Shown: in pieces, positions 19,114-28,818 of the stretch
Layout: every line of letters starts with the position of its first letter
Numbering within the stretch: the first letter of the stretch is position 1
From: Candidatus Cloacimonadales bacterium
Lineage (GTDB): Bacteria > Cloacimonadota > Cloacimonadia > Cloacimonadales > JAFGVF01
DNA length: 64,000 nucleotides
Direction of reading: 5' to 3'
Assembly (NCBI GenBank): GCA_963678315.1
Contig: OY782781.1
Span: 160,001 to 224,000, forward strand
Made by a program: the position numbers and the translations under genes
The notes under the pieces: model-generated
What the model was told of the DNA's origin: nothing
Seen by the model: the letters and a program-made list of their open reading frames with translations, nothing else
Databases searched by the model: none

Positions 19114-21455
19114 TATTTTACCAAAGCTAATTTTAGAACTTCAGAAATAGTTGACACAGGAGTAATCTCCATATCAGATTTTATCTCTTCATTAATCTCT
19201 TCTAAGTCTTTTACATTTTTATTAGGAATAAGGACTTGCTTAATACCCTCACGTTTTGCAGCAATAAGCTTTTCAGGTAATCCCCCAATTGGAAGAACAT
19301 CTCCAGATAGAGTTATCTCTCCAGTCATAGCAACATCGTGCCTAACCTTAATTCCACTGAGAATAGAAACAATAGCAGTTGTCATAGTAACACCTGCAGA
19401 AGGTCCGTCTTTAGGAACTGCACCTTCCGGAATATGAAGATGAAGATCTGTATCTTTATAGAAATCAGGATCTATTCCATACTTCTTGGCATGTAATCTA
19501 CAGAAAGATATAGCAGCTTGAGCTGATTCTTTCATTACATCTCCAAGTTGACCAGTTAAATTAACTTTACCATCACCAGGAAGCTTCACTATCTCGATAG
19601 TCATAGTCTCACCACCGACAGCAGTCCAAGCCAAGCCATTAACGATACCGACACGGTCTTTCTTGTTAACTTCGCTGTGTGAATATCGCTCAACTCCAAG
19701 ATAGCCTTTAATATGCTTTTTATTGAGAGTAATACTCTTTTTAACATTACCTTTAAGGTGATCTTTGATTATCTTTCTAAGAACCTTGGCAATAGTTCTA
19801 TCAAGAGTTCTAACACCTGCTTCTCTAGTATAGAACTTAATAATATGATGAAGAATGTCATCTGAGAAATTAACTTTAATTTTATCTTCAATGCCATGTT
19901 CTTTAACTTCTTTAGGTACTAGATGATTAGCTGCAATTCTTACTTTCTCATATTCAGTGTAACCTGGTAATTCTATGATTTCCATTCTATCAAGAAGTGG
20001 ACCAGGTATAGAAGATAAATCATTCGCAGTTGTAATAAAGACAACATTGGATAAATCGTATTCTATATCTATATAATGGTCTCTGAAATGAGAGTTTTGT
20101 TCAGGATCTAGCACTTCTAGTAAGGCTGATGCAGGATCTCCTCTGAAGTCAGAACTTAGCTTGTCTATTTCATCCATCATAATCATAGGATTAGTAGACT
20201 TGGCCTTCTTCATAGACTGCATAATCACACCTGGAATAGCTCCCACATAAGTTCTTCTATGACCTCTTACTTCTGATTCATCACGCACACCACCCAATGA
20301 TATTCTTACAAATTCACGCCCTAATGATTCAGCAATAGACTTACCTAAAGATGTTTTACCAACTCCTGGAGGTCCTGCAAAACAGATGATTTGTCCTTTT
20401 ATTGACTGATTTATCTGCATCACACTGATGAATTCTAAAATACGTTCTTTTACATCTTTCAATCCGTAATGGTCACGGTTAAGAATTGCTTCTGATTTAT
20501 TTATATCAACTTTGCCAATCTCTTTAGCATCCCATGGAAGTTCAAGAACCCAGTTTATGTAGTTTAACAAAACTGTATATTCTTGAGAATTTGGATTAAT
20601 TCTACTAAGTTTTTTAAACTCTTCTTCCAGTTTTTCTCTTGCTTGTACAGAAAGATTTGTATTCTTAATTTGCTCTTTCAACTTTGTTAAATCATTGCCA
20701 GCATCTTCAGATATACCAAGCTCACGGTGAATCTGTTTTAACTGCTCATTTAAGAAGAATTCTCTTTGTACCTTAGAAATGTTTGTACGAACTTGATTCT
20801 CTATACCCTTTTCCAAATTGATTACTTGAATCTCATCATAAACTAACCTAATCATCATCTTGAGCGACTCTATAAGATCATTCATCTCGAATATTTCTTG
20901 CTTCTTATCAAAATCGCCATCAAAGAAGTTTAGACAGAAATACAGTAATTCTTCTGGAGAATCTATATTAGAGACAGATTGTTCTAATTCATCTGGAACT
21001 GTTCTCTTTAGTTTAGAGTATTTGCTGAAGATATTTCGTAGATTACGAGTATAAGCACTCAGCATCTTAGAGTCATTTATATCATTTGCCTTATCAACAA
21101 TATAGACTTCTGCTTTTAAACAGTTTTTTCCTTGAATAAATCTTTTAACCATTACCCTAGCTGCTCCATCGCAAAGCACTCTCATGTTCCCATCAGGTAA
21201 TGAGAATTCTTTTACAATTAGTGCTAAAGTCCCCCATCGATGCATATCTTTAGCAGTAGGATAATTTTCGCTTTCAATATTAGTTTTTTGAGGAATACAC
21301 AAAATTGGATCATCATCATCTAAAGCATCTCTTACGGCAAAGATTGTTTTACTTCTACCAACTAAGATTGGGGTAGCTACTCTAGGGACCATCATCATCT
21401 GTCTCAGAGGAACTACATTAAATATAAGTTTATCTTCTTGTTTATTTTTTGCCAT
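19113..21455 (-). CDS. lon: ATP-dependent protease La
   Basis: GPPGVGKTS, RGHRRTYVGA, DEIDK, PKDGPSAG (catalytic Ser), PIGGLPEKLIAA; start MAKNKQ at 21455 after AGGAG. Confidence 0.98.
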   Translation of the reverse strand: MAKNKQEDKLIFNVVPLRQMMMVPRVATPILVGRSKTIFAVRDALDDDDPILCIPQKTNIESENYPTAKDMHRWGTLALIVKEFSLPDGNMRVLCDGAARVMVKRFIQGKNCLKAEVYIVDKANDINDSKMLSAYTRNLRNIFSKYSKLKRTVPDELEQSVSNIDSPEELLYFCLNFFDGDFDKKQEIFEMNDLIESLKMMIRLVYDEIQVINLEKGIENQVRTNISKVQREFFLNEQLKQIHRELGISEDAGNDLTKLKEQIKNTNLSVQAREKLEEEFKKLSRINPNSQEYTVLLNYINWVLELPWDAKEIGKVDINKSEAILNRDHYGLKDVKERILEFISVMQINQSIKGQIICFAGPPGVGKTSLGKSIAESLGREFVRISLGGVRDESEVRGHRRTYVGAIPGVIMQSMKKAKSTNPMIMMDEIDKLSSDFRGDPASALLEVLDPEQNSHFRDHYIDIEYDLSNVVFITTANDLSSIPGPLLDRMEIIELPGYTEYEKVRIAANHLVPKEVKEHGIEDKIKVNFSDDILHHIIKFYTREAGVRTLDRTIAKVLRKIIKDHLKGNVKKSITLNKKHIKGYLGVERYSHSEVNKKDRVGIVNGLAWTAVGGETMTIEIVKLPGDGKVNLTGQLGDVMKESAQAAISFCRLHAKKYGIDPDFYKDTDLHLHIPEGAVPKDGPSAGVTMTTAIVSILSGIKVRHDVAMTGEITLSGDVLPIGGLPEKLIAAKREGIKQVLIPNKNVKDLEEINEEIKSDMEITPVSTISEVLKLALVK

Positions 21456-21677
21456 CTTTTCTCCTATATTGACTGCACGGTTAATCTCACTAATAATCGT
21501 CACACAAATCAATACTGAATTTGATTTTATAAGTAATAATACCTAGAATATAAATTCTTAGATAGGCTAAATACGTCAAGATTTAATTATAATATTTGCA
21601 AACAATCGTCTAGATTGCTAATTTTGAAACATTAAGTGTAATTAGAATTGTTTAAGTAGTAGAATTAATGGTGATTT

Positions 21678-21770
21678 TCCTCCAGTAAGTACGCTTTATT
21701 CATACTTGCTGGAGGATAATATTTTTCTTGACACTCTCCAGTAAGTACGTTAATTTAGACTTAGTGGAGG
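21678..21770 (+). promoter_or_regulatory. Sigma70 promoter with two inverted-repeat operators upstream of the AbiE pair
   Basis: TTGACA 21728-21733, 17 bp, TAATTT 21751-21756; IR1 tcctccagtaagta...tacttgctggagga (21678-21716); IR2 ctccagtaagt...acttagtggag (21736-21769). Confidence 0.72.
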
Positions 21771-21775
21771 AAAGT

Positions 21776-22372
21776 ATGATACTTACAACGTTAAAGCTAA
21801 AGAATGACTTAAGAGAATACTCTTCAGTTAAGAGTAAGATTTCACGACTTCTTGAATCTAATGAATTATATCAGTTAAAGAGAGGATTCTATACTAAGCC
21901 TCAAGAGAGTGCCCTTTCATTATATAGCGTTGCCAATTTACTGTATGGACCTTCTTACATATCATTTGAGAGTGCATTATCATATTATAATCTGATTCCA
22001 GAAAGAGTTTCAACCATAACTAGTGCAACATTTAACAAGAACAAGAGCAAGTATTTTGATACACAAATTGCTAATTTTAGTTACTTATCAGTACCAGATA
22101 AGGTATATTCACTAGGAGTTGATTTACAGAGAGAGAATGAACAGAACTTTCTTATTGCAAGCCCAAGCAGAGCTCTTATTGATACAATATACAAAAACAA
22201 ATATGATCCAAACACCTCTGATTTCAAAAGGATTCTTAGTGAAGATTTAAGGTTTAACCTTGAGGAAGTAGAATTAATTGAACCTAAAATACTAAGAATG
22301 ATTTCCAAAAGCTATAATAAGAGGTTAATTACTAGATTTACAGATTGGTTTTTAAGTGAGGTTCACAAATGA
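21776..22372 (+). CDS. AbiEi-like type IV TA antitoxin / transcriptional regulator
   Basis: LKRGFY, PSYISFESALSYYNLIPE, ASPSRALID; ATG 21776 after GGAGG; overlaps next gene (ATGA). Confidence 0.85.
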   Translation: MILTTLKLKNDLREYSSVKSKISRLLESNELYQLKRGFYTKPQESALSLYSVANLLYGPSYISFESALSYYNLIPERVSTITSATFNKNKSKYFDTQIANFSYLSVPDKVYSLGVDLQRENEQNFLIASPSRALIDTIYKNKYDPNTSDFKRILSEDLRFNLEEVELIEPKILRMISKSYNKRLITRFTDWFLSEVHK

Positions 22373-23232
22373 AGAACGTAATTCAACAAATGATTGCTAG
22401 GTATGATTGTAAAAATAACTTAGAGAGAAAGAATGCCTTAAAAGAGATTATTCAAGAGATAGCTCTACTAGGGCTCTTCAGGTCAGGTTTCTTTAATTAT
22501 GCAGGATTTTATGGAGGAACAGCTCTTAGAATATTCTATAATTTACCTAGGTTTTCAGAGGACTTAGATTTTTCTTTGATAAAAGCAGACAACGATTTTC
22601 TTTTAGCAAAACATTTAAAATCTGTTCAGAATGAACTTAATTTCTATGGCTTTGAGATGGATATTGAAGAGAAGATCAAAAATCATGATTCTAATATCAA
22701 ATCAGCCTTCATTAAAGGAAACACCATTATTCATCTAATAAAAATAGTTGAGTCCAAGAACAAAGTTAGAGGTATTAACCGAAATGAGAAGATTCAAATT
22801 AAACTGGAGATAGATATAAATCCTCCACTTTACGCAGATTATGATGTTAAATATCTACTTAACCCAATCCCATTTTCTGTTAGACTTTTTGACCTACCTT
22901 CTCTATTTGCAGGTAAAATTCATGCCTTACTATTTAGAAGTTGGGGGAATCGTGTAAAAGGTCGTGATTTTTATGATTATGTATGGTATCTTTCAAATTA
23001 TCCTAAGATCAACCTTGTTCATTTGACGGAACGAATGAGGCAAACTAGTGATTGGAACATTGAAAGTAATATTCAACTAAGTGAGATAAAAGAAATGTTA
23101 CATAAGCGTTTTAAAGAAGTTGATTTTGAGCAAGCTAAACTTGATATTGAACCATTTATATTAAATAGAAACGATCTTGCTCTATGGAATAAGGAGTTCT
23201 TTGACAGCATAACAAAAAGCTATCTAGTGTAA
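22369..23232 (+). CDS. AbiEii/AbiGii nucleotidyltransferase toxin
   Basis: FYGGTALRIFY.LPRFSEDLDFS, KLEID, KIHALL.R, KGRDFYD motifs. Confidence 0.92.
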   Translation: MKNVIQQMIARYDCKNNLERKNALKEIIQEIALLGLFRSGFFNYAGFYGGTALRIFYNLPRFSEDLDFSLIKADNDFLLAKHLKSVQNELNFYGFEMDIEEKIKNHDSNIKSAFIKGNTIIHLIKIVESKNKVRGINRNEKIQIKLEIDINPPLYADYDVKYLLNPIPFSVRLFDLPSLFAGKIHALLFRSWGNRVKGRDFYDYVWYLSNYPKINLVHLTERMRQTSDWNIESNIQLSEIKEMLHKRFKEVDFEQAKLDIEPFILNRNDLALWNKEFFDSITKSYLV

Positions 23233-23280
23233 CAGAATAATCTTCGTCCACACTAAATAGCCTTTATATATTATTTTATC

Positions 23281-24822
23281 TTAGTCTTTCTTTAATTTAA
23301 ATCTTGTAGCAACCTTATAGCCATCAACAGCAGAAGAAATTATTCCTCCTGCATAGCCAGCACCTTCACCCATTGGATAAAGCCCTTTAGTATTAGTACT
23401 TTCACAAGTTTGCCAATCTCTAATGATTCTCACCGGTGACGAGGTTCTTGTTTCAGGTGCTATCAAGAGACCATTATCTACAAAACCTTTATATCTTTTA
23501 TTGAAGTGTTTTAAGCCAGTAACCAGAGCTTTAGTTATTTCAATAGGGAATAATTCCCCAAGCTTTCTACTATAAAGGTCTGGTTTATAAGAGTTCTTTG
23601 GAAGCTTATCACTCAATCTATTCTTTAAGAAGTCTTTACCTAGCTGGGCTGGAGCATAGAAGAAATCTCTTTTAGCCTTTTGTTCAATAGATCTTTGCAG
23701 ATACATTCCATCTAAAACGCCTTTACCAAAGTGTTTAGGTTCAACTGTAGCTACCAAAGCTGAGTTAGCGAATTGGCCATCTCGAGCCAAATAAGACATA
23801 CCGTTAGTAACAATACCATCAGCCTCTGAAGATGAACACACTACTGAACCGCCAGGGCACATACAGAAGCTATAAACGCCATGGTCTCCAGCTTTCGCTG
23901 TTAATCTATAAGTTGCCGGACCCGTTACATTAGTATCACACTTTTCACCATAAAATAGTTTGTTAATATAGTCTTGTTTATGTTCTATTCTAAAACCCAC
24001 TGCAAATGATTTAGCTTCCATAGCGATTTGATTATTGTGCATCACTTCAAAGAGTTCTCTAGCACCATTTCCAATACCTAACAAAGTAACTTCAGGGTAA
24101 TACTTATCACCATTAATAGTTAATTCCAACTTATCATTCACTGTTTTAATATCTGTTAGTTTATGATTAAAATTAAACTTACAACCTTCTTCTTGTAAGT
24201 ATTCAATAATATTGCCAGCTATGTACTTTATACCATCTGTTCCTAGATGCGGAAGTGCTTCATAAGCAATTCTTTTATCTGCACCAAATTGAATTAAATA
24301 ATCTGAAATCTTCTCTGAATAGAAGTCTCTGTTTCTAGCAGTTAATTTACCATCAGAATAAGCCCCTGCCCCACCTTCACCAAACTGAACATTTGAATCA
24401 GGATTTAATTGATTATGAAGCCATAAATTGTTTACAGTTTCGTCTCTTGGCTCAATCTTCTCCCCTTGCTCAAAGAAGACAGGTTTTAAACCGTTTTCAA
24501 CCATAGCTAAACCAGCAAACAAAGCTGATGGACCACAACCAATTATCACAGGATTTTCATCGCTTATGTAAATTGTTTCAATTGGCTTCTTCTTTTTTTC
24601 ATTCAATTTTAGAACATCTTGATGATTTGGAACTTTACCTAAGAATTCAGCTTCCACAGTATAATTTATCCATACATTGTTTCTTTTTCTAGAATCAATA
24701 GATCTTCGACTTATTTTTACTATCTTAAACTCAGACTCACTAATTTGAAGTTTATGAGCTATAGCTTTAGCTAAATCAGGGTGATGTGCTAATCTAGTTG
24801 AAATATTCTTAATTTGATACAT
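23281..24822 (-). CDS. NAD(P)/FAD-dependent oxidoreductase (COG2509-like)
   Basis: IIGCGPSALFA, QFGEGGAGAYSDGKL, YSFCMCPGG, ETRTSSPVRI, GEGAGYAGGIISSAVDG. Confidence 0.88.
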   Translation of the reverse strand: MYQIKNISTRLAHHPDLAKAIAHKLQISESEFKIVKISRRSIDSRKRNNVWINYTVEAEFLGKVPNHQDVLKLNEKKKKPIETIYISDENPVIIGCGPSALFAGLAMVENGLKPVFFEQGEKIEPRDETVNNLWLHNQLNPDSNVQFGEGGAGAYSDGKLTARNRDFYSEKISDYLIQFGADKRIAYEALPHLGTDGIKYIAGNIIEYLQEEGCKFNFNHKLTDIKTVNDKLELTINGDKYYPEVTLLGIGNGARELFEVMHNNQIAMEAKSFAVGFRIEHKQDYINKLFYGEKCDTNVTGPATYRLTAKAGDHGVYSFCMCPGGSVVCSSSEADGIVTNGMSYLARDGQFANSALVATVEPKHFGKGVLDGMYLQRSIEQKAKRDFFYAPAQLGKDFLKNRLSDKLPKNSYKPDLYSRKLGELFPIEITKALVTGLKHFNKRYKGFVDNGLLIAPETRTSSPVRIIRDWQTCESTNTKGLYPMGEGAGYAGGIISSAVDGYKVATRFKLKKD

Positions 24823-24906
24823 GGATACTCCTTAGGTTTTATATATACAAATTTAGTTCTCATAGGTTATATACAAAAAAAAGCACTCAAAATGAGTGCT
24901 AATCTA

Positions 24907-24982
24907 TGGTGGCAAGACCCAGACTTGAACTGGGGACACAAGGCTTTTCAGGCCTCTGCTCTACCAACTGAGCTATCCCGCC
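24907..24982 (-). tRNA. tRNA-Phe(GAA)
   Basis: GGCGGGATAGCTCAGTTGGTAGAGCAGAGGCCTGAAAAGCCTT...GTTCAAGTCTGG...ACCA. Confidence 0.96.
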
Positions 24983-25014
24983 AATTAATTTTAATCTAAC
25001 ACTTTAATAATGAA

Positions 25015-25090
25015 TGGTGGCAAGACCCAGACTTGAACTGGGGACACAAGGCTTTTCAGGCCTCTGCTCTACCAACTGAGCTATCCCGCC
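25015..25090 (-). tRNA. tRNA-Phe(GAA), identical copy
   Basis: Same sequence as 24907-24982; TTGACA on - strand at ~25137-25142. Confidence 0.96.
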
Positions 25091-25161
25091 ACGTCATTTT
25101 TAAGTGTAGAATCTTTTTAATTTATCCTGTGTTTTATGTCAAGATAAAATTATTTTTTATT

Positions 25162-26322
25162 TTATAAAGCAGAATTATATGGGGTATCATGAAAGTACAA
25201 CCGAAAATACCCATTATTATAATGTCCAATCATTATCAAAGAATCATTGTATTCTTTTTCTATAGCAAACCTGATATATAGATTCTCAATTCCCAGTGAT
25301 TTTCGCAACAGTTTTTCGAGGGAAATACAGATATTCTTTAATTTTATTACATTATTATTATCTTCTAATGAATCAAAGTTCTTCATATACAACCTACAAT
25401 TACTACCTTTCTGCCAATCAAAAGTTACATCTTTAATAAAACTATTTTTTCTAAAGATGTCCAGTAAGTCTGTGTCTAACTTAGTAATCCTGAATTCATC
25501 AGAAAATATTGAAATTAGAGAATCAGAAGATACTTTATTTACACATATTGTGTCAATGTAAGTTTTAATATTCTCAGATGTATTTACACTATCTAGATAC
25601 AATTGTAAATCCAAATGTTCTGCCCTTTTAATAATTATTTTATCAACTGATTTTTTCATATTTATAGTTGATAAGAAATTTTCATCCATGCGAAACACAA
25701 TTTTTAGATTATCTTTATTTACATCCCCTGGAAACTTAATTCTTTGTGAAAATTGTTCTTTAAACGTTACATTATTTATATAATATGTTGTAAAGTTTGA
25801 TACCCAATCATCGAAAGAATATGATAATATTTGTGTCTCAAAATTCGTTAATTCTACAGAGCATTTAATACTATCAGGTATATTACTCTCGACATTAACG
25901 TCAATAACTCCAAGCAAAACATTTTTGTTTAAATTAACATTAATATAATATATTAATTCTTTAGGAATACTTATCTTGCAATCTAAAGTTTCTTTTTTTT
26001 GTGACTGGGAGTCAACTATATTAACTTTTGGAGTTTGTGAATCTTTCTTCTCTGTTAGATTTTTTATCACAGGATCATTTTCTTCATTAGCTGTTAATCC
26101 TATCCAAAAAAAACTAAATATAATTGCAAACAAAGATAAACTTATACTTATATAAAACCTAAGTTTATTAAAAGTATGTTTCCTAAACACGGGGTTAAAT
26201 ACTACTGCAATGAACAAAAAAGATAATGAAGATAGATATTCAGCATTTAAAGTCCCAAATAGATACATCAAAAATGAGAATAAGCTGATTATCCACAACA
26301 AAATTTTTTTTAATACAACCAT
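25162..26322 (-). CDS. Hypothetical membrane-anchored protein (3 N-terminal TM segments)
   Basis: 386 aa ORF with AAGGAGG RBS; no recognisable motif. Confidence 0.65.
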   Translation of the reverse strand: MVVLKKILLWIISLFSFLMYLFGTLNAEYLSSLSFLFIAVVFNPVFRKHTFNKLRFYISISLSLFAIIFSFFWIGLTANEENDPVIKNLTEKKDSQTPKVNIVDSQSQKKETLDCKISIPKELIYYINVNLNKNVLLGVIDVNVESNIPDSIKCSVELTNFETQILSYSFDDWVSNFTTYYINNVTFKEQFSQRIKFPGDVNKDNLKIVFRMDENFLSTINMKKSVDKIIIKRAEHLDLQLYLDSVNTSENIKTYIDTICVNKVSSDSLISIFSDEFRITKLDTDLLDIFRKNSFIKDVTFDWQKGSNCRLYMKNFDSLEDNNNVIKLKNICISLEKLLRKSLGIENLYIRFAIEKEYNDSLIMIGHYNNGYFRLYFHDTPYNSAL

Positions 26323-26535
26323 CGATCCTCCTTATTATACAAACAAAATGTTTCACCTCGCAGATACATTGAGATATTTCAAAAAAATAATCGCATCCAA
26401 AACAACTAACACAATATTTTTTCTCTTTTCATATGGTTGTCAATAAAAAATTCTTATCCTTACTCAGATTTCACCTAAAAAAGGATTGTCATTTAAATAA
26501 CTTATTTAAACTATTCCTTCATAAAAATACCTGAC

Positions 26536-26586
26536 CCTTACTTGCCCCCTTGAAAAAAGGTCGATTTTTCAAGGTGGCAAGTAAGG
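26536..26586. repeat. ~50-bp intergenic palindrome (family A)
   Basis: ccttacttgcccccttgaaaaaaggtcgatttttcaaggtggcaagtaagg. Confidence 0.7.
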
Positions 26587-26679
26587 ATGAAGTTAGAAGT
26601 TGATAAAGACAAAAAAAGCTCCAAAATAACATCATTATTTTGAATAGAGCTAAAGACTGCTTGTAAAATTTACTTAATT

Positions 26680-28389
26680 CTATTCTACTTTTGCTTTAAC
26701 TGGTCCCATTACTATTTCAGTCCAGTCTCCGTTAAGATATGAGACAAGCCAATAGTAGTATATACCAGCTTGATTGATATTCTCATCATTCCAGTTATGA
26801 GATGCTGTACCTGTATAATCTTGAGCAGGGATCAAGTTTGAAGGCATAGATTCATAATAGTTTGGTGTTGTACCTTTTCTAACTCTAAAATTTGAATAGA
26901 CAGATTCATTCCATGTATGCCAATTTACAGTAACAGAATTATCTGAATTTGGATAAGCTGCAAGGGTAAATACACCATATTCAGGATCACCAAAATTAAT
27001 TATTGTTATTTCTGACTCAGCAACAGGACTATAAGTTGTTCCATTTAATATTCCTATTGCTTTAATAACAGTAGTTTCTTCAATAGTGAAAGAATCTGTA
27101 TATAAAGTTGAGTTTTCATCTGGAGTTGAACCATCTAAAGTATAATAAATTGGGTATTCAAAATCAACCGGGTTAATAGAAATTGTCTTGCTTGCATTGA
27201 AAATACCTGAGTAAGGATATATTGTAGGAGCAGGGCAATTAAATGAAATTTCTGTAGTAGTTACAGCACTTGGCATATAGCCAGTTTTATAGACTTTTGC
27301 CTTAACTATAGTAGTTGTTGAAACTGTGAAAGGCTGTGTATAAAGAGGTGAGTTCTCTGTTGGTTCTACACCATTAGTTGTATATCTAACTTCATAATTA
27401 GCAAATTCACACATAATCTTTACTTCTCTAGGGCTAGTTAAGTCAGTTACATTTTCTTGAATGATTTGAGGGAAAGGTAATTGTTCTCCTGAAGCAGGAA
27501 TATTTGAATCTACTACAAGTCTAAAGCCTGTTCTTTCTCCTTCAACATCATAATTTTGCCATCTACGGAAGATTTGTGATTCATCTTCCCAATTAGAGAA
27601 ATTTCCTCCTCTTATCGCAAGAGTCTCTGTTGCATAACCACTGATAGGGTTATTAGTTGTTGAATAAGAATAATCTTCATAATTCCAGCATTGTTCACTC
27701 GCGTTACCTGTCATATCATACATACCCCAAGCATTTGGAGCTTTACCTTTAACATCATGGAGTCTATAACCAGCATTATTTTGATACCAAGCAACACTAT
27801 CTATATTGCTAGACCCTGAGAAATGATTAGTTGATTGACCTGCTTCTGCTACATATTCCCATTCAGATTCTGTTGGTAATCTATAACCATTAGCTGTAAC
27901 ATCCCACAATAAGGCATGGCTATTAAAATCAGTCCAGTCAGCAAATACTTTATTTTCATTATTATAATAACACGGTTCTTTACCATCTCTGATACTTAAA
28001 AGATTACAATATATCATCATATCTTCATAAGAAATACTTGTTACAGGGTAGTTTTCTTGACCTTCTGTATAAGTATGAGATGTTATAATTTGAGCATACT
28101 CAGCATTGGTTACTTCTTGGTCAGCCATTTTGAATGATGATAATGTTACAGTATGAACAAGCTGTTCATCTCCTTCTCCTAAATAAGAGCCCATTGAAAA
28201 ACTGCCTTCTGGAACCTCTACAAAGAAAGATTCAATATAATCTCCATTACCGTTACCATCACCATTGCCATCTCCACCATCTGTACTATCTGGGGCATTT
28301 GGTTTAGTAGAACTACTATCATCACTACAAGACGTCACCAACAACATCACACACAAGAAACATAAACAAATGAAACAAACCTTTTTCAC
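26680..28389 (-). CDS. Lipoprotein with FGE-sulfatase (SUMF1-like) domain and two chitobiase/Fn3-associated domains
   Basis: Lipobox LVTSC; EVTNAEY, YRLPTESEWEY, PNAWGMYDMTGNASE, RGGNF, GFRLV; YTTNGVEPT and YTLDGSTPD. Confidence 0.88.
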   Translation of the reverse strand: MKKVCFICLCFLCVMLLVTSCSDDSSSTKPNAPDSTDGGDGNGDGNGNGDYIESFFVEVPEGSFSMGSYLGEGDEQLVHTVTLSSFKMADQEVTNAEYAQIITSHTYTEGQENYPVTSISYEDMMIYCNLLSIRDGKEPCYYNNENKVFADWTDFNSHALLWDVTANGYRLPTESEWEYVAEAGQSTNHFSGSSNIDSVAWYQNNAGYRLHDVKGKAPNAWGMYDMTGNASEQCWNYEDYSYSTTNNPISGYATETLAIRGGNFSNWEDESQIFRRWQNYDVEGERTGFRLVVDSNIPASGEQLPFPQIIQENVTDLTSPREVKIMCEFANYEVRYTTNGVEPTENSPLYTQPFTVSTTTIVKAKVYKTGYMPSAVTTTEISFNCPAPTIYPYSGIFNASKTISINPVDFEYPIYYTLDGSTPDENSTLYTDSFTIEETTVIKAIGILNGTTYSPVAESEITIINFGDPEYGVFTLAAYPNSDNSVTVNWHTWNESVYSNFRVRKGTTPNYYESMPSNLIPAQDYTGTASHNWNDENINQAGIYYYWLVSYLNGDWTEIVMGPVKAKVE

Positions 28390-28818
28390 TTTTTCTCCTA
28401 ATATTTTAATAATTGTTACTATAAAATAACAAAACCTTAGTCAAGATTTTAGATTTATTTCTCTTTGTCAAATACTATTGATTAGGTTAACATTTCTTCA
28501 TAAATCTTTACATTAACAATGTTATTAGAACACATTAATTTACACAAAAAAAGACACCTTTGCAGATGCCTCAGAGCATTACTTAAGTCAAGGCTCTTTG
28601 TTTTTGCTTTATTTTTACAAAAATAAATCGACAATAGCTTAGTTGAATCTTTTGCAGAAGACGTGTTTTAACACTTCGATTGCGAAATATTTAGCTAAGA
28701 TATGTCGAATCTTAAAATGCAAGACATTTATGTTTACTAATAGTTAATGTTCAACATTGCACCTTAAATTCAAAGTTTTAAAGGCACCTTAAAAGATGCC
28801 TTTAACATATTGTTTTAA

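Noticed and set aside
21728..21775. Track start sites for abiEi (21728), htpG (37716), lon (21512), mscS (53693), M6 protease (53491)
   Set aside because: Downstream ATGs have a clear RBS or begin the signal peptide; the abiEi TTG is part of the -35 box.
27500..27700. DGR variable region at the end of the FGE-sulfatase (C-type lectin fold) domain
   Set aside because: No template repeat or reverse transcriptase found in the window; a remote DGR cannot be excluded.
25091..28818. Integrative element between guaA 3' end and tRNA-Phe
   Set aside because: No integrase and no duplicated att-like fragment of guaA or the tRNA seen.
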